Shown: piece by piece, positions 53,531-56,520 of the stretch
Layout: every line of letters starts with the position of its first letter
Numbering within the stretch: position 1 is the first letter of the stretch
From: a candidate division WOR-3 bacterium
GTDB lineage: Bacteria; Hydrothermota; Tepidihabitantia; Tepidihabitantales; CAIPLT01
Length of the DNA stretch: 56,520 nucleotides
Assembly: GCA_039801485.1 (NCBI GenBank)
Contig: JBDRUR010000001.1
Span: 1-56,520, forward strand
Direction: 5' to 3'
Position numbers and translations under genes: made by a program
The notes under the pieces: generated by a model
Told to the model about the DNA's origin: nothing
Databases searched by the model: none
The model's input: only the letters and a program-made list of their open reading frames with translations

Positions 53531-55668
53531 CGAATTACTGCAAATTTAGCAATACGAATCTTCTTTTCAGTAATAACTAACGCTAAATAGATGCCAGAAC
53601 GCAAAGAAGTTGGATGCCATCTTACGGCATTATATAGCATATTTGGTTTAATTTCGGTGATAAATTCACCTTGGATAGTATAAATTTTAATCGAAGCATT
53701 AAACGGTAAACTATCAAATGTGATCACCTGGTGCTCTTTGGCAATAAATGGATTGGGATAAATCTTTATTTCAGATAATGATTCTAATGGCGGATTTCGA
53801 TAATCAAACTGACTAATGCCTTCTTTGGTGCCAATCAATAAATATCCTTGTTCTTGACTTATTGATAACCAATCATAAAACTTATTATCGTTTTCAATAT
53901 TGGGAAGTAAATTACTGTTTTCAGCAGTATAGGATGTCCAAATTTTTGTATAGATGTTGTAATAAAAAAGTCCTTTGTTAGTTAATATCCATACGCCACC
54001 CCAATTGTCAGTTTTTATTCTTGTTACTTTATCGGCATCAATCGCCATAATTCTAAATGTATCATTTTTTAAGATTGCTGGACCATCGACAGTTGCACAC
54101 CATATTTGATTTTCGGCATCGATTGCTACTGAATTGATATCTGCTTCCGATAAACCCTGACGAAATATTCGATAAGTATCATCTGATTGGTCGAATAAGG
54201 TATTATTGTAATCAATCATGACAAGACCATCTTGTGAAGCTAGCCAAACCCTATTTTTAATATCGAAAGCGAACTCATATCCTCTGCCGTGTCGGTCATG
54301 GAGAAGTCCTAGTCCGGGTATGTTAAATTCAATTGTTTGGTTTGTTGAGTCAATGGCAGATATTGTGCCGCTTTCCGTATAAATCCATTTAGTATCGTGT
54401 TTATCGATTCCAATGGCGGCAATTACACCACGTGGTCCAGTCCAAGTTTGAACATACCAGCTGTTGGTATTAAAATCATAACAACTTATGCCGCCGTCGC
54501 GAAACCAATGGCCAAGCCAAATGCGATTTTTGCTATCAATTGCTCCAATATTGCAATTCATTAAGGTGTCATATAATAACTGCCAATCGTCGAATGCTTT
54601 TTTATAGCTTATTGTCCGATTTCCCCATATTGCTAATGTAAAATGTAATGCATAAATTGAACCTTCATTATCAACCATGAGACAGGAAACATAATTTGAT
54701 TTTAATCCATTTGAGAAGTAACTTTTTATATTGCCATTAACTAAACACTTTATTCCTCCCCCGAAATATTCTGACCCACCGATACCGGCCCAAATTTCGT
54801 CATTAATAAAAATACTTCTGGTATCTTCGTTTAGAATAAATGACATCGACCCACCATATTGATATTTTATCAAGCCACAGGTTGCCGCAATATAAAAATT
54901 ATTTTCCGCATATTTTAAATCAAACACCAGATAATCTTCTGGGAAATAAATTATTGGAACAAAGGTAGTGTCATTATATTTTGCTAGTCCTTTCTCGGTT
55001 AAGATAAATAAAGTGTCGTAAACAAAAATCATTGCTTTAACTGAATCACCAAATGGATGAGGAAAACAGGTATATGATTGTAAATTTCGATTCAATTTGA
55101 TGATGCCTGGGCTGGCGCCGACCCAAAAATCATTATTAACATTAACCGAAAATATATTACGAGTAAAACTGCCTGGAAAATTAGGGATAATAAGATTATC
55201 GTCAGCGGTTGAGACAGTGCCCTTGGTGTCAATGAGATATAATCCAGTTTTTGTACCAACTAATATTGTATCGCCGCAGCGATTTAGACAGGAAATTATA
55301 ACTTGGTTAAGTTCGCCAAATTGATTATAATTTGTAATCTTCTTAGTTATCGGATTAAAAATTGAAATTCCACGATAAGAACCCACCCAAATATTTTGAA
55401 ACTTATCAAATAGCAAGCAGGTTAATCGATTAGTATTCAATCCATCGACATTGGTATAGGTCGCAATGAATGAACTCTCGGCAAAAGAGAAAATAGTTAA
55501 CCCGCCATGAGTTGCACAGTATAAATAATTAGAATCACCAATAAGGTAATTAATGAAATTAGTATTAGTATAACTATGCCATTCATTAGCTTTTAATGGA
55601 TTAATTAAGATAAAAAGCATAGAAAATGCAATAAATCGCACAAGACTTTTTTTCATAATTTTCGTCAA
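53527..55668 (-). CDS. Two-component-regulator-propeller (Reg_prop)-repeat protein with T9SS C-terminal sorting domain
   Basis: 713 aa. Signal peptide. Many repeats of the type NIWVGSYRGISIFN, DFWVGASPGIIKL, RIWLGHW, RVWLASQDGLVMID, QIWCATVDGPAIL, GVWILTNKGLFYYN. Tail IKIYPNPFIAKEHQVITF...IKIYTIQGEFI...SGIYLALV. Confidence 0.6.
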   Translation of the reverse strand: MTKIMKKSLVRFIAFSMLFILINPLKANEWHSYTNTNFINYLIGDSNYLYCATHGGLTIFSFAESSFIATYTNVDGLNTNRLTCLLFDKFQNIWVGSYRGISIFNPITKKITNYNQFGELNQVIISCLNRCGDTILVGTKTGLYLIDTKGTVSTADDNLIIPNFPGSFTRNIFSVNVNNDFWVGASPGIIKLNRNLQSYTCFPHPFGDSVKAMIFVYDTLFILTEKGLAKYNDTTFVPIIYFPEDYLVFDLKYAENNFYIAATCGLIKYQYGGSMSFILNEDTRSIFINDEIWAGIGGSEYFGGGIKCLVNGNIKSYFSNGLKSNYVSCLMVDNEGSIYALHFTLAIWGNRTISYKKAFDDWQLLYDTLMNCNIGAIDSKNRIWLGHWFRDGGISCYDFNTNSWYVQTWTGPRGVIAAIGIDKHDTKWIYTESGTISAIDSTNQTIEFNIPGLGLLHDRHGRGYEFAFDIKNRVWLASQDGLVMIDYNNTLFDQSDDTYRIFRQGLSEADINSVAIDAENQIWCATVDGPAILKNDTFRIMAIDADKVTRIKTDNWGGVWILTNKGLFYYNIYTKIWTSYTAENSNLLPNIENDNKFYDWLSISQEQGYLLIGTKEGISQFDYRNPPLESLSEIKIYPNPFIAKEHQVITFDSLPFNASIKIYTIQGEFITEIKPNMLYNAVRWHPTSLRSGIYLALVITEKKIRIAKFAVIR

Positions 55669-56520
55669 TACGCTCCTTCGGCTTTAAATAATACGGCGAT
55701 GGTTTTTACTAATATCACAATATCAGTCCATATTGACCAATTTTTAACATAGAATTCGTCTAATCGCAACCGTTCGGCAAATGTCAATTGACTTCTTCCT
55801 GAAACTTGCCACAGACCAGTAAGCCCTGGTTTTACCTTGGTGATAATCCCGATTTCTTTTCCGATGTCTTTCACCTCATTAGGTAAATAAGGTCGCGGTC
55901 CGACCAAACTCATTTCGCCTTTGATTACATTTAATAGTTGGGGTAATTCATCAAAACTGCTTCGTCGTAAAAATTTACCCAAAGGTGTTACTCTGGGGTC
56001 ATTGGTGATTTTAAAATACTTCTCCCATTCTGTTCTTTGCGCTACTGATTTTTGCAAAGTTTCTGTTAATCTTTTTTCGGCATCGAGATACATCGTTCGA
56101 AATTTATAGCACTGAAATAATTTCATTCCTTTGCCCAGTCGCGATTGGATAAAAAAAATTGGTCCCGTAGATGTAATTTTAATAAGTAACGAAATTATTA
56201 AAATTAATGGCAAAGAAATTATTAAGGCAATACTGGCAATTGCTAAATCAAATATGCGTTTGGCAATTTGACTTTCTTTCTTTAGCAGATTATAACTAAA
56301 TTTCATCAATAAAACTGACTCTAACTGCTCAATCTCAACACCGGCGGTTTGAAGTTGTGATAATGCTGGTATCACAAAAAAATTATGGATTTTGCCTTCG
56401 GCAATTTCGTAGAGTTCCAAAATTTGGGTTTGATCGAAGTCTTCGGCATTTACAATTATGCTATCAACTTTATGATTGTTTAATAAATGTGCTATTGAAC
56501 TTTGATTAATACTATTCAAG
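55665..56520 (-). CDS. Polyprenyl-phosphate glycosyl-1-phosphate transferase (bacterial sugar transferase, WbaP/EpsL type), probably N-terminally truncated by the window end
   Basis: RIFDLAIASIALIISLPLILI, YKFRTM, DPRVTPLGKFLRRSSFDELPQL, GEMSLVGPRP, KPGLTGLWQVSGRS. Stop overlaps the start of the downstream gene by 4 nt. Confidence 0.85.
   Translation of the reverse strand, partial: LNSINQSSIAHLLNNHKVDSIIVNAEDFDQTQILELYEIAEGKIHNFFVIPALSQLQTAGVEIEQLESVLLMKFSYNLLKKESQIAKRIFDLAIASIALIISLPLILIISLLIKITSTGPIFFIQSRLGKGMKLFQCYKFRTMYLDAEKRLTETLQKSVAQRTEWEKYFKITNDPRVTPLGKFLRRSSFDELPQLLNVIKGEMSLVGPRPYLPNEVKDIGKEIGIITKVKPGLTGLWQVSGRSQLTFAERLRLDEFYVKNWSIWTDIVILVKTIAVLFKAEGAY

Noticed and set aside
1-56520. 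CRISPR arrays, IS elements or transposases, integrases, prophage genes, rRNA, toxin-antitoxin or restriction/defence genes
   Set aside because: I scanned intergenic regions for regularly spaced direct repeats, and scanned products for DDE/HUH/tyrosine-recombinase, nuclease or helicase signatures. None were seen. The only repeat pair is the manC-promoter duplication.

Overview
AT-rich, gene-dense chromosomal window from a diderm bacterium. BamA, PorV/PorQ-like barrels and five proteins with T9SS-type C-terminal sorting domains point to an FCB-group or candidate-phylum lineage, but that placement is inference. Most of the window is housekeeping: glyA (partial, missing from the ORF track because its stop lies outside the window), mazG, a tandem-parvulin PPIase, tRNA-Leu, the manC-rdgB-mgtA operon, two tRNA-Ser genes, gltX, rfbD, rocD, purH, apgM, rpmF-plsX, clpC-bamA and speB. 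The standout is an 11-gene, about 15.6 kb, translationally coupled plus-strand operon (18467..34077). It opens with poly-gamma-glutamate synthase genes pgsB and pgsC and a non-CapA third component. It continues without a break into a tandem-duplicated secreted protein, a predicted outer-membrane barrel, an LVIVD lipoprotein, two giant gingipain-like (C25) paralogues, a BNR propeller and an M14 carboxypeptidase. Four of these carry T9SS sorting tails. I do not recognise this combination from described PGA loci. Other points are: two tandem unannotated mini-genes (54 and 49 aa) with an identical 8-cysteine spacing and oppositely charged tails; a recurring TTGAC(A/T)-16/17-TAnnnT promoter placed 5-12 nt from start codons, suggesting leaderless operon-leading genes; two ORF-free islands of about 0.55-0.6 kb; a duplicated manC promoter and 5' fragment directly upstream of the pgs operon; and a zinc-ribbon gene whose first CxxC is out of frame. 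I found no CRISPR array, transposase, integrase or rRNA. All calls come from reading motifs by eye; no database search was run.
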